Origin: Thermodesulfovibrionales bacterium
GTDB lineage: Bacteria > Nitrospirota > Thermodesulfovibrionia > Thermodesulfovibrionales > Dissulfurispiraceae
Reading direction: 5' to 3'
Length of the DNA: 64,000 nt
NCBI GenBank assembly: GCA_026415415.1
Contig: JAOAHE010000003.1
Coordinates: 1,624-65,623 of the forward strand
The notes below the pieces were generated by a model that had not been told where the DNA came from, ran no database searches, and worked only from the letters and a program-made list of their open reading frames with translations. Below are positions 46,671 through 56,616 of this stretch, piece after piece (within the stretch, counting starts at the first letter, position 1; each line of letters opens with the position of its first letter). The position numbers were made by a program, and so were the translations under genes.

Positions 46671-46892
46671 TTACCTGAATTCCATTGAATCAAGTTCCTT
46701 GATAAGTCCTTCAAGTTGCATTTTTACATTAGCCTTGTCAAGATTAAGTTGTTCTATCTCTTTATCTTTTGTCCTGATGATCTCCTCAAGCTCAGCTACT
46801 TTTTTTTGAAGCTGGTTTTTTTCTTCTTTGAGTTCTTTTACCTTTTCTACTACATAAGATATTTTTTCTTCAAGAGCTTTAACGATTTCCAT
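46671..46892 (-). CDS. Coiled-coil protein, ZapB-like
   Basis: 73-aa heptad-rich ORF 5 nt upstream of zapA. The call is by composition and position only. Confidence 0.5.
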   Translation of the reverse strand: MEIVKALEEKISYVVEKVKELKEEKNQLQKKVAELEEIIRTKDKEIEQLNLDKANVKMQLEGLIKELDSMEFR

Positions 46893-47329
46893 TATATCTG
46901 CATTTGCCTCCTCTTTTTAATTTATGAAATAAAAAATGATACAAAATTTAAACATAAAAAATAAAATTTTTTTTAAACTCAAATTTAAAGATAAAAAATA
47001 CTAAAGAAATATCTTTTCCTTAAAAAATGCACTAATTTAAGTGAAAAGAAAGGCTCTAAATAAATTAGTGATGTCTTCGTAGAACTAACAAAAGGGTATA
47101 TTTTAGCATGCTCAAATCCCACTTAATCTAATATTATATTTAATATAGTTGAATGAAACACTTTAAAAATCAACTTTTAATAATCATATTTAAGTCTATT
47201 AAGTAGTATGCAGTGGGGTTTCTAAGTTTTTTAATACCTATTGTCAATATAGAAGGGCAAAGTCTTTGAGAATAAACTCTTTACTTTTTCATTATCTTTG
47301 AGTTTTACTATTTTTGTAATATCTTAGAT

Positions 47330-47403
47330 CGGGGCGTGGCGCAGTCTGGTAGCGCACACGGTTCGGGACCGTGGAGCCGGAGGTTCAAATCCTCTCGCCC
47401 CGA
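47330..47403 (+). tRNA. tRNA-Pro (anticodon CGG)
   Basis: Cloverleaf folded by hand: acceptor CGGGGCG/CGCCCCG, D stem GCGC/GCGC, anticodon stem CACGG/CCGTG with loop TTCGGGA (CGG, G37), T arm GGAGG-TTCAAAT-CCTCT, discriminator A. CCA is not encoded. Confidence 0.9.
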
Positions 47404-47614
47404 TGCTATAAAAACTCTTTAGAAGGTTTAAGAATTATTGCTAAAAATTATAGTCTGGTCTAATATTTGCATTAAAATACATTAAATAGAAAATCTTATC
47501 AATGGTTTTACATTAATGCTTACTGAAACAACAAAAATCTGAAAATCATTAATATAAAGGATGTATAAAAAAGTAACTATTTTAAATTAAAAGATAATCT
47601 GAGGCAGAATTAAA

Positions 47615-50600
47615 ATGAAAATATTTGATCTCTTTGCAAAACCCCAACAAAATAAACCTACAGTCACTGTGCTCCAACAAGCACCAAAGTATACCAATTT
47701 TAGAAAATTTCTTGATCACAATAAAACAGCTCTTAACTGTATAGCTGATTTAGAGCAACTTTACTATGCAGGTAAGCCTTTTAGCCTTGTTTCTGTGATG
47801 AAGAAGTATCAAGAGCTTTCGGAGGCAGTTATTGGTTTACTGCATAATCTTGATCTTTTGTCTAACAATAAGTTTCCTCTTTTAAAAGATAAATTTTCTC
47901 AAATTGATAAGATTATCTCTCAAGAATTGACTCCCTATGTACCTCTCAAGCTAAAAGACAAAAGCGTTATATTATGGCTTGAAAATATCTTCCCAGAGAT
48001 GAAGTGCATCGTAGGTTCAAAAGCTGCCAATTTAGCGGCTATAAGAAATACCTTAGGGCTTCCTGTACCGCCTGGTTTTTCCATTACCGCTTATGCAACA
48101 GAGGAGTTCCTTAAACAATCAGGATTAGTAAAGCCTATAATGGCAGAGCTTTCAAGAATAAAATCTCTTGATTCTGTTTATGGGATGAGAAAAATGAGCG
48201 AAAAACTTAGAGAGATGATTATGCAAGCACCTCTTCCTGCAGAAGTCGCTACACAGATTATGGAAGCCTACAGTAAACTTGAAGAAGAAACATACAAAGA
48301 CATCAAAGTTGCAATTAGAAGTAGCGCTATTGGCGAAGATACCGAGGCAAGCTTTGCTGGACAATATTTATCAGTATTAAATGTTAATAAGTCTTCATTA
48401 CTTTATGCTTATAAGACAGTACTTGCCAGCAAGTACTCAACTCGTGCGATAAACTATAGGCTTCAGTACGGTTTAAGTGAACAAGAGACCCCCATGTCTG
48501 TCTTAGCCATAGCTATGATTGATTCAAAAGCAAGTGGGGTGGCTTATACGGTTAACCCTACAGGTGAACATAAAGATACAATTAAGATCACCTCAATTTG
48601 GGGAATAGGAGAACACTTAGTAGGCGGAGGTGCTTCACCAGATGTTTATATAGTAGACAGGGCAGAAGACATGATTATAGAGAGGCGGATAGGGTTAAAA
48701 GAGCATAAAATGGTTCTTTTAGAATCAGGAGGGGTAAGCCTTGTCAGATCAAAAGAAAATGAAAAAACCGTTCCATCTCTTGATGACGATTTAGTCTTTA
48801 AACTAAAAAATTATTGTTTACTTTTAGAGGAATTTTTCCAAGGACCACAAGATATAGAATGGGCTATTGATAAGGATAATAATCTTTTCATCTTGCAGTC
48901 AAGACCTCTTAAGATACCAACCCTTACCCTTGCTCAAAAAATTGAAAAAAGAGAATATCCAGATAACCCAGTGCTGCTTTCTGCTGGTAAAGCTGCCTCT
49001 TCAGGAATTTCTTATGGCACTATTTATGTAGTTCACTCAGACAATGATTTAGATAATATCCCAGACAATGCTATTTTAGTTGCTAAAACTGCCTCACCTG
49101 ATTATGTAAACGTTCTTGGTAAGATAAGAGGTATTATAACTGATGTTGGTAGTATTACAAGCCATCTTTCCTCAGTTGCTCGTGAGTTTGAGATTCCTTT
49201 TATAGTAGACACAAAAAATGCCACCGAGATACTTAAGACAGGTGAAACCGCAACTATTTTTGCTGACATCGCTACTGTTTATAGAGGCAAAGTAGAAGAA
49301 CTAATTAAAAAAGTAAGACCTGCTAAAAAGATGATATATGAAAGCCCTGTTCACCAAAAAACTCGCCAGATTCTTAACTTAATATCGCCTCTTAACTTGA
49401 CAGATCCTTCACATTCATCTTTTTCTCCAGAGGGCTGTAAAACAATACATGACATTATTAGATTTGCCCATGAAAATGCTATCAAAGAAATGTTTGGACT
49501 TGCTAAATCTGTGGATACTAATCAACTATCAACTAAACTAAAAACTAATATACCACTTGACTTATATATAATTGATCTTGGGGGTGGAATAAAAGAAAGC
49601 TGGACACCTGTGTCTGAGCTAACACCAGAAAAGATCGATTCTATACCATTGAAGGCTATCTGGAAGGGGTTTTCACATCCTGGAATTAGCTGGTCTGGTG
49701 GTATATCTGTAGATATGAAAAAACTGATGAACCTTTTGGTTACCTCAGCAACTCATGATTTTAGTGAATCTCTTGATATAACAAGCTATGCCATTATATC
49801 AAAGGACTATATGAACCTAAGCGCTCGTTTTGGCTATCATTTTGCAACAATTGACACACTTTGTGGGGAAAATAGTGATCAAAACTATATAACTATGCAG
49901 TTTGCAGGCGGAGCTGGTTCATACGCTGGTAGAACTATGAGGTTACAATTCTTAGGAAATATCTTAAAAAACATAGGGTTCAACCTTAACATAAAGGGTG
50001 ATCTATTAGAGGCAAGCCTATTTAGATATGATCAGGCATCTATGCAGCAGAAGCTGGACATATTAGGGAGACTCCTTGCATCAAGTAGATTGTTAGACTT
50101 AGCTATATCCAATCAAAATGATATACTATCTTTAACAGAATCTTTCATGAATGGTGACTATAATTTTCTTTCAAAGAAAAAGGAGGATCACCCTGTTGAT
50201 TTTTACATTCATGGTGGCTACTGGTATCGCCTTAAGAAAAACGGTAATATTTATTGCGTTCAAGATGGACTTAAAGCTGGTTTTAGTTTTTCCTCAGGAG
50301 TTGCTGGCATAATGGGTAAGATTATAGGACATGCCTTTACTGAATTTTTGGATAACATTGAAGCCTATTTTTATTTCCCCTTGGCAATAGCAAAAAATAG
50401 CGAAATCACTGATGGCGTCATTACTCTTAGTGTAATGCCAATAGCTGGCAATATTGACAGAGCTGGGGGTATAGCTTTTGGTCTTAAAGATGTAGGAAAT
50501 TATTTTGTCTTTAGAATTAACGCCCTTGAAGATAATGTAACTTTATTTGAGTATATTAATAATAAAAGAATATCAAGAGTTCAGACTAAGAAAAAAGTTG

Positions 50601-50803
50601 AGTCGGAAAAGTGGTATCTTCTAAAAGTTGAGGTTGAAGGTAAATATATCAAAGGATATGTAGATGATGAGCTCCTTGTTGAGTACTATACTGAAAGGGA
50701 TATGCAAGGATATGTAGGTATCTGGACTAAAGCTGACTCAGTCACTTATTTTGATCGCCTCACTATTAAGACTAAGGACAAAACAGTTACATTCAACTTT
50801 TAA
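47615..50803 (+). CDS. PEP-utilising (pyruvate,water-dikinase-like) enzyme with a long uncharacterised C-terminal half and a lectin/glucanase-like end domain
   Basis: 1062 aa. PPDK_N-type ATP-grasp motifs (GSKAANL at residue ~134, IRSSAIGEDTEASFAGQ, DIEWAIDKDNNLFILQSRP at ~413). Swivel His domain GSITSH(517)LSSVAREFEIPFIV. No PEP/pyruvate TIM-barrel motifs afterwards. The last ~160 aa resemble a concanavalin-like/DUF1080 fold (KWYLLKVEVEGKYIKGYVDD...GYVGIW...VTYFDRLTIK). Confidence 0.8.
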   Translation: MKIFDLFAKPQQNKPTVTVLQQAPKYTNFRKFLDHNKTALNCIADLEQLYYAGKPFSLVSVMKKYQELSEAVIGLLHNLDLLSNNKFPLLKDKFSQIDKIISQELTPYVPLKLKDKSVILWLENIFPEMKCIVGSKAANLAAIRNTLGLPVPPGFSITAYATEEFLKQSGLVKPIMAELSRIKSLDSVYGMRKMSEKLREMIMQAPLPAEVATQIMEAYSKLEEETYKDIKVAIRSSAIGEDTEASFAGQYLSVLNVNKSSLLYAYKTVLASKYSTRAINYRLQYGLSEQETPMSVLAIAMIDSKASGVAYTVNPTGEHKDTIKITSIWGIGEHLVGGGASPDVYIVDRAEDMIIERRIGLKEHKMVLLESGGVSLVRSKENEKTVPSLDDDLVFKLKNYCLLLEEFFQGPQDIEWAIDKDNNLFILQSRPLKIPTLTLAQKIEKREYPDNPVLLSAGKAASSGISYGTIYVVHSDNDLDNIPDNAILVAKTASPDYVNVLGKIRGIITDVGSITSHLSSVAREFEIPFIVDTKNATEILKTGETATIFADIATVYRGKVEELIKKVRPAKKMIYESPVHQKTRQILNLISPLNLTDPSHSSFSPEGCKTIHDIIRFAHENAIKEMFGLAKSVDTNQLSTKLKTNIPLDLYIIDLGGGIKESWTPVSELTPEKIDSIPLKAIWKGFSHPGISWSGGISVDMKKLMNLLVTSATHDFSESLDITSYAIISKDYMNLSARFGYHFATIDTLCGENSDQNYITMQFAGGAGSYAGRTMRLQFLGNILKNIGFNLNIKGDLLEASLFRYDQASMQQKLDILGRLLASSRLLDLAISNQNDILSLTESFMNGDYNFLSKKKEDHPVDFYIHGGYWYRLKKNGNIYCVQDGLKAGFSFSSGVAGIMGKIIGHAFTEFLDNIEAYFYFPLAIAKNSEITDGVITLSVMPIAGNIDRAGGIAFGLKDVGNYFVFRINALEDNVTLFEYINNKRISRVQTKKKVESEKWYLLKVEVEGKYIKGYVDDELLVEYYTERDMQGYVGIWTKADSVTYFDRLTIKTKDKTVTFNF

Positions 50804-51372
50804 AATTCTATAGGTTTGGCAAGTATTTCTAAAACCTTTAAGTCCAAGAATCTTTTGGATGCGGCTGACTGTAAAACTAACACTGTGTCTGCACCTGATG
50901 CGGTTCCGGCTACTGCTAAAACCTTTTCATTTTCAGGTATCAAACCGCCATCAGCTGCCATCATTGTTATCTCGCAGCAGACCTTTGTCCCCTCACCAAA
51001 CCTTCTTAGGGTATGAGCTACTATTAGTGTGGGATATATACCACTAAATTTTGAAGTAAAGGAGGTCTCTAAGCTATGAGTTAGCATTGTACCTGTATAT
51101 ATTTTGGCGCCTGTGTTTTCAATCTCTCTTCTAATCTCTTCAGGCATCTCAAAAGTATTTGGTAATTTATATCCTGCAGAGTGTGTAACCACAACTACTT
51201 TAACATCCTTATCTTTTAAAGCCTTTGAAAATAGTAATCCCGTCTCACCTGTAACAGAAGCAACTATGACAAATCTATATTTGTACTTATCGATTGCATC
51301 TCTTACTATCTGCAAACAAGCCTCTGTATTTTCTTTGCCAAATTTTTCAAAGTATAAAACCTTTTTTTCCAT
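50800..51372 (-). CDS. Stand-alone pyruvate kinase C-terminal (alpha/beta) domain-like protein
   Basis: 190 aa. The N-terminal YFEKFGKENTEA..L and VIVASVTGETG patterns match the PK_C-like stand-alone family as I recall it. The 3' end overlaps the dikinase-like gene by 4 nt (convergent). Confidence 0.6.
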   Translation of the reverse strand: MEKKVLYFEKFGKENTEACLQIVRDAIDKYKYRFVIVASVTGETGLLFSKALKDKDVKVVVVTHSAGYKLPNTFEMPEEIRREIENTGAKIYTGTMLTHSLETSFTSKFSGIYPTLIVAHTLRRFGEGTKVCCEITMMAADGGLIPENEKVLAVAGTASGADTVLVLQSAASKRFLDLKVLEILAKPIEF

Positions 51373-51502
51373 CTTCTACCCCTTGAAAGTTTAACATTGT
51401 AAGATAAACTATGTATCTTGCCAGAATATTGGTTTAATTAATCCTGGCTAATTTTCTACATTTTCTGATAATTATCTAGTTCCTTTCTATCTTAATTTTT
51501 CA

Positions 51503-52351
51503 TTAGACTTTACTGCCCAAAATAGTTACCCATCTGCCATCTATTATTTTGTCTGTAAAATAAATTTTATATGAACTGTAAGTTTTAATTATATCATCCT
51601 CTTGACCTACCATAATGCCTGATAAAACGATAATACCTTGTTTTTTAAGATGGGAAACTATCTCATCAGCCATTTTAATCAAAGTAGATGCTAAAAGATT
51701 TGCCACTATAAAATCGTAGTGTTGTCTCAATGATCTGATACTATCACAACTAATCTTGATGTTCTTTAGATTATTTAGAGCAACATTTCTTTTTGAAGCC
51801 TCTATAGCAAGAGGATCTATATCAACTGCAAAAACATTTTCAAATCCTAACTTTGAGGCGGCTATAGCTAAAATACCTGTCCCAGTTCCGAGGTCAAGAA
51901 AGTCTTTTTTATTTTCTAACTTTTTTGAAAGATTCTCTATAAGCATCAGACATCTCATAGTTGTCTCGTGATGACCTGTTCCAAATGCCATACCTGGATC
52001 AATTATTATATTTACCCTCTCCTTTTTAAGTTCTAACCAAGGTGGTATAATGGTTAGAGAGTCTCCTAAATCTATCGGTTGAAACTTCTTTTTCCATGAC
52101 TCACTCCAGTCCCTTTCTGATATATAGACATAATTATAAGAAAGATATTCTGAAAGGCCAGCATCTTTTAAGATTTCTTTAAATACTCTTAGTTCCTCCT
52201 TGACTTTGTCTAAATAAATAGCATCGGGGAAATACACAGTGAGTGAGTCATCATTTATGATTATGCCTAAACAACCAATTTTGGCAAGCCTCTCCGCTAA
52301 TGCATCTGAGGAGTTGTGGTTAACTTTTATGTTAAACTCATAATATCCCAT
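51503..52351 (-). CDS. prmA: Ribosomal protein L11 methyltransferase
   Basis: IIIDPGMAFGTGHHETT and DLGTGTGILAIAA motifs. 282 aa. Confidence 0.88.
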   Translation of the reverse strand: MGYYEFNIKVNHNSSDALAERLAKIGCLGIIINDDSLTVYFPDAIYLDKVKEELRVFKEILKDAGLSEYLSYNYVYISERDWSESWKKKFQPIDLGDSLTIIPPWLELKKERVNIIIDPGMAFGTGHHETTMRCLMLIENLSKKLENKKDFLDLGTGTGILAIAASKLGFENVFAVDIDPLAIEASKRNVALNNLKNIKISCDSIRSLRQHYDFIVANLLASTLIKMADEIVSHLKKQGIIVLSGIMVGQEDDIIKTYSSYKIYFTDKIIDGRWVTILGSKV

Positions 52352-52793
52352 GCATCACCTGATAAGAAATTTTATCCTAAAAATTATTTAGATAAATCAT
52401 AATTTAATGGTTAATACTTTTAGAAAACCATTTGTCTTTTTCTCTGAAGATTATCTATATTAGTCTATACTAACTTGAGTAGTTATAAATATTTCAAGCC
52501 TTTTTTTATATATGAAAACTAAATTAGAGCGAGAAGTAATAAGATAGAAATGGGTAAAAAAAACTTTTCAAGCAGAACATTCATCTCTTTTTTTGGAAAG
52601 CTTACCTATTATACATTTTTATAGCTTTATGATAAAATTTATATAAATCTATAATGCTAATAGTTTGTTAAATAGTATAGAGGTAGTGAGTTTTTAAATT
52701 TTTAAAATTATGAACTTTATTTTTGTTACTTTACATAACTTTGGTTGGTTGTCTTTATAAAAGCATAAGGCGTAAACTCTAATTTTAATTATA

Positions 52794-53174
52794 ATGCTAT
52801 ACGGTGAGAGAGAGATAAAAGAATCATCTTTAGAAGTTTGGGATAATCCCTATCCTGATAGAGATTATGAGATAGAGATTACCTTTTGTGAGTTTACATG
52901 TCTTTGCCCAAGATCAGGATATCCTGATTTTGCTACCATTAGAATAAAATATGTCCCCGATAAAAAAATTATTGAACTTAAATCGCTTAAGCTTTTTTTG
53001 AACTCTTTTAGAGATATATACATCTCTCATGAAGAGGCAACAAATAAGATTTTCAATGCTTTAAAGGATATACTTCAGCCTAGATTTATAGAAGTAATAG
53101 GAGATTTTAACCCTAGAGGCAATGTAAAAACAATTATTAAAGCGTCCTCTGAATCGCTCTTACCTTTGCGATAA
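52794..53174 (+). CDS. queF: NADPH-dependent 7-cyano-7-deazaguanine reductase (type I)
   Basis: [16 protein letters not shown] (catalytic Cys), [13 protein letters not shown], and FNPRG. 126 aa. The 3' end overlaps trpF convergently by 38 nt. Confidence 0.85.
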   Translation: MLYGEREIKESSLEVWDNPYPDRDYEIEITFCEFTCLCPRSGYPDFATIRIKYVPDKKIIELKSLKLFLNSFRDIYISHEEATNKIFNALKDILQPRFIEVIGDFNPRGNVKTIIKASSESLLPLR

Positions 53175-53754
53175 ACTCTCTCATTTTTTGAAGATCCTTT
53201 TTCCCTTTAGAACTCTCAATGCCACTGTTGACATCTACAGCATAGGGCTTAACCATCCTTATTGCTTTTTCAATATTATCAATATTTAAGCCACCTGAAA
53301 GGATAACAAGTCCAAATCTTTTAGCCTCTAAGGCTATTTCCCAGTTAAAGGTCATACCTGTTCCTCCATACATATTTGGTGAGTATGTATCCAACAAGTT
53401 AGCAGAGGTTTTGTAATTAACTAAAAAATTCAATTCTGTAAGATCATTTACTCTAAATGCTTTAATTACTCTTGGCCATATTCGACATAGATCTGGTGGT
53501 TCATCTCCGTGAAGTTGAAGTATATTTAACCCTGCAAATTCCATTATGAATCTAATTTTGGCAGGGTCTTCATTAACAAAGACTCCTACTGTCGTAACAA
53601 AAGGAGGAAGGTAAGAGATGATCTCCTTGGCTTGTTCTGGTTCTATGTATCTGGGGCTTTTTCTGTAAAAAATAAAGCCTAAAGCATCAGCTCCATAATT
53701 TGCTGCGGTAAGGGCATCTTCAAAGTTAGTAATCCCACAGACTTTTATTTTCAT
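53137..53754 (-). CDS. trpF: N-(5'-phosphoribosyl)anthranilate isomerase
   Basis: MKIKVCGIT start, [16 protein letters not shown], and GGLN motifs. 205 aa. Confidence 0.88.
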   Translation of the reverse strand: MKIKVCGITNFEDALTAANYGADALGFIFYRKSPRYIEPEQAKEIISYLPPFVTTVGVFVNEDPAKIRFIMEFAGLNILQLHGDEPPDLCRIWPRVIKAFRVNDLTELNFLVNYKTSANLLDTYSPNMYGGTGMTFNWEIALEAKRFGLVILSGGLNIDNIEKAIRMVKPYAVDVNSGIESSKGKKDLQKMREFIAKVRAIQRTL

Positions 53755-53776
53755 CTTAAAGAAAGTTTATTTGTAA

Positions 53777-53801
53777 GACCTCGCAGACTTAAGGCGAGGT
53801 C
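53777..53801 (-). other. GC-rich intercistronic hairpin between the small Cys-containing ORF and trpF
   Basis: GACCTCGC (53777-53784) and GCGAGGTC (53794-53801) are exact reverse complements around a 9-nt loop. It stands out in an AT-rich spacer. No clear U-tract follows on the coding (minus) strand. Confidence 0.5.
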
Positions 53802-53807
53802 CTATCA

Positions 53808-54029
53808 TTATTGTTTCTTAATAATCTCCAAAATTTTAGAAATCTTAGAACTCCCCTCAATGGCAAAAATTTCTCTTAGTTCTTTTTCAGAAAATTTTTC
53901 CTTGAGTATCCTTAAAATATCTGTCCTGTCTTTCCAACAACCTATAATATTCTTACATGGAAAACCCTCATTTAACGACAAACAATAAGAAATCTCTATT
54001 AATCCCAACTTAGAACAGTATATTATCAT
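53808..54029 (-). CDS. Small hypothetical protein with four N-terminal cysteines
   Basis: 73-aa ORF starting 1 nt after the trpB2 stop. Cys at positions 5, 16, 25 and 31, then a K/E-rich helical tail. No family recognised. Confidence 0.4.
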   Translation of the reverse strand: MIIYCSKLGLIEISYCLSLNEGFPCKNIIGCWKDRTDILRILKEKFSEKELREIFAIEGSSKISKILEIIKKQ

Positions 54030-54030
54030 T

Positions 54031-55395
54031 TTATTTCGGTTTAGGATATTTGCTTAAATCTTGTAATAATTTTTGTATCTCATCATCTCCCATTGCTGAG
54101 TCTTCAAGTTTACCAGAAAGATAAGCATCATAAGCTGCCAGATCCATAATACCATGTCCGCTCCAGTTTAGAAGTATTACCTTTTCTTTACCTTCTTCTT
54201 TAGCTTTCTTTGCTTCCTCAATAGCGCAGGCGATAGCATGATTTGTCTCTGGTGCAGGCACAAACCCTTCAGTCCTTGCAAAAGTAACACCAGCAGCAAA
54301 AGTTTGAAGTTGTGTATAAGCTTTTGCTTCAATAAGTCCATCGACAAGTAACCTGCTAACTATAGGTGCCATCCCATGATATCTTAAGCCACCTGCATGA
54401 ATTGGGGCTGGGACAAAAGCATGACCTAAGGAGTGCATAGCTAACAATGGTGTAGTTTCAGCAGTATCACCAAAATCATATATGTAAGGTCCTTTTGTTA
54501 AAGTTGGACAGGAAGCTGGTTCAACAGCAATAACTTTAACCTTTTTACCGTTTATTTTATCTCTGACAAAAGGTAAAGCTAATCCACTGAAATTACTTCC
54601 ACCTCCTGCGCATCCAATTATAATGTCAGGGTATTCATTAATGGAAGCCATCTGTTTCTGGGCTTCTAATCCTATAATTGTTTGATGTAAGATGACATGA
54701 TTTAGTACACTTCCAAGAGAATATCTTGTGTCCTTAGAGGTTACTGCGTCTTCAATTGCTTCTGATATAGATATCCCTAAACTTCCGGGATGTTCAGGGT
54801 TTTCAGCAAGGAATTTTCTCCCTGCGTTAGTATCAGGGCTTGGGCTTGGCACACATTGGGCACCCCATGTTTCCATAAGCATTTTTCTATAAGGTTTCTG
54901 ATTATAACTTATCCTGACCATATATACCTTGCATTGAAGTCCAAACTGATTACAAGCAAAGGAAAGTGCGCTACCCCACTGTCCTGCACCTGTTTCTGTT
55001 GCGATTCTTTTGATACCAAAGACTTTATTAAAGTAAGCTTGGGCGATTGCTGTATTGGGCTTATGACTACCTGCAGGACTTACGCCCTCATTTTTAAAAT
55101 ATATACGTGCTGGAGTATCAAGTGCTTTCTCTAATGCATAAGCTCTATAAAGTGGTGTTGGTCGCCACATCAGTAGTTTTTCTAAAACCGCTTCAGGTAT
55201 ATCAATCCATCTTTCAGTGCTTAGTTCTTGTTCAATCAAGTTCATCGGAAAAACCGCAGAGAGCATATCAGGGGAAATAGGTGTATTAGTTGCTGGATTT
55301 AAAGGAGGTGGTATAGGATTGGGTAAATCGGCTTGGATGTTATACCACTGACGGGGAATTTCGTTATCAGGTAGGGTGATTTTCTTTTTATTCAT
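54031..55395 (-). CDS. trpB: TrpB-like protein, TrpB2 subfamily (tryptophan synthase beta-type 2)
   Basis: 454 aa with the long TrpB2 N-terminus ([13 protein letters not shown]), PLP lysine in [11 protein letters not shown], and GCAGGGSNF. No trpA adjacent. Confidence 0.88.
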   Translation of the reverse strand: MNKKKITLPDNEIPRQWYNIQADLPNPIPPPLNPATNTPISPDMLSAVFPMNLIEQELSTERWIDIPEAVLEKLLMWRPTPLYRAYALEKALDTPARIYFKNEGVSPAGSHKPNTAIAQAYFNKVFGIKRIATETGAGQWGSALSFACNQFGLQCKVYMVRISYNQKPYRKMLMETWGAQCVPSPSPDTNAGRKFLAENPEHPGSLGISISEAIEDAVTSKDTRYSLGSVLNHVILHQTIIGLEAQKQMASINEYPDIIIGCAGGGSNFSGLALPFVRDKINGKKVKVIAVEPASCPTLTKGPYIYDFGDTAETTPLLAMHSLGHAFVPAPIHAGGLRYHGMAPIVSRLLVDGLIEAKAYTQLQTFAAGVTFARTEGFVPAPETNHAIACAIEEAKKAKEEGKEKVILLNWSGHGIMDLAAYDAYLSGKLEDSAMGDDEIQKLLQDLSKYPKPK

Positions 55396-55688
55396 ATTTC
55401 CTCCAAAAACATGTAAAGATCAAAGTCTAAATATTATATAAAAACTGAAGGTGAAAAATACATGTAACTAAAGATATAAATCTGCTCACCCAAAATAATA
55501 AATAACTAAATTAGGTAGCAAGAATTACAAAATACTTATTTTTCTACGATAAAAAGTTTCAGGTATCGAATGAAAAGGTTAACAAAAAGTAAAGAGAGAC
55601 TTAGCAATAATTAAAATAGTTTTTCTTTTAATAAATAAATTTTTTTAAAGGATGTAGATTTATAATTTAAGTGAAGAGTAGGGTAGGG

Positions 55689-56429
55689 TTACTGAATTTT
55701 AATAACATACTCAGAAGGCATTAATGAAAGTAGTTCTTTTAAAGCTTTTTCTAAAGTTGTTAATGACTTAGACTCTAAGGTGACCAAGACCTTGAAATCT
55801 TCAGTTCCTGCAGCAGGGTACGAGCCAACTAATAAATTACCATAGGCAGATACAATTTTATTTAAAAAATCGGCTATTTGGATTTCATCAGTGTTTAAAA
55901 AGATCTTTTTAATAAAATATTCTGAACATCTAAACTTCTCTTTGAGAGCATGAAATTTTTTCCTCAGCAGATGAGGAACTCCTGGGAAAATTATTATATT
56001 TTTATAGGATACAATAGGTAAGTTATTACCCTCAGTCATTAAAAGATCAGCACCTTCAGGAACAAGAGCCATTTTAAGAGCAGCTTCATTGATAGAGTCT
56101 CCATATCTTGTTTTTAAGCAACTTACTAATCTTTCGTTGTAAATCATTTTAACCCCAAAGGCGGTACAAATGCCTTCTATAGTAAGGTCATCATGAGTAG
56201 GACCTATCCCGCCAGTTGTAAATACATAATCAAAAAGGGCAGAAAAAAAACGAACCTCTTGACTTATAGTTCTCACATCATCAGGTATTATGGAGATCTT
56301 TAATACATCAACCCCTAAGGCTCTGAGTTCGGTAACAAGAAAGTAAGAGTTAACATCCATTACCTTTCCTGATAGTATCTCATTACCTATGATAATTATG
56401 CCTGCAGTCTTTGTGATGTTTTCTATCAT
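55689..56429 (-). CDS. CinA-N-terminal-like molybdopterin-binding (MoCF/COG1058) domain protein
   Basis: IIIGNEILSGKV.D.N and FTTGGIGPTHDDLT motifs, followed by a ~80-aa C-terminal extension. 246 aa. Confidence 0.75.
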   Translation of the reverse strand: MIENITKTAGIIIIGNEILSGKVMDVNSYFLVTELRALGVDVLKISIIPDDVRTISQEVRFFSALFDYVFTTGGIGPTHDDLTIEGICTAFGVKMIYNERLVSCLKTRYGDSINEAALKMALVPEGADLLMTEGNNLPIVSYKNIIIFPGVPHLLRKKFHALKEKFRCSEYFIKKIFLNTDEIQIADFLNKIVSAYGNLLVGSYPAAGTEDFKVLVTLESKSLTTLEKALKELLSLMPSEYVIKIQ

Positions 56430-56616
56430 AGTCTTGAATTTAAAAAAGAAAATCTTGCTATAAAAATTAGCTAATATATTAAATTAAAAATAACATAACT
56501 TTAAAGCTTTTCAAAGATCTTTTTAGACCAACTTTTAGTCGTTAAACTTGTCTTTTTTTTTCATTGATGATATATTTAAAACCATATTTACAATATAGTA
56601 GAAGAAGGGGAAATAC

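Noticed and set aside
46716-46964. 82-aa plus-strand Phe/Leu-rich ORF opposite the zapB-like gene.
   Set aside because: It is low-complexity translation of the complement of a Lys/Glu-rich coiled-coil gene. The minus-strand reading is coupled to zapA 5 nt downstream.
46893-47329. 6S RNA or another sRNA in the 440-nt ORF-free stretch near zapA/zapB and upstream of tRNA-Pro.
   Set aside because: No long imperfect duplex with a central bubble, and no other recognisable structure, was found. In E. coli ssrS lies downstream of zapA, not upstream. The region most likely holds promoters for zapB (-) and the tRNA (+).
52700-52793. preQ1 riboswitch expected upstream of queF.
   Set aside because: I could not find a short P1 hairpin followed by the conserved A-rich tail ending in CUA/AGG. 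The region is simply AT-rich. A covariance-model scan would be needed to be certain.
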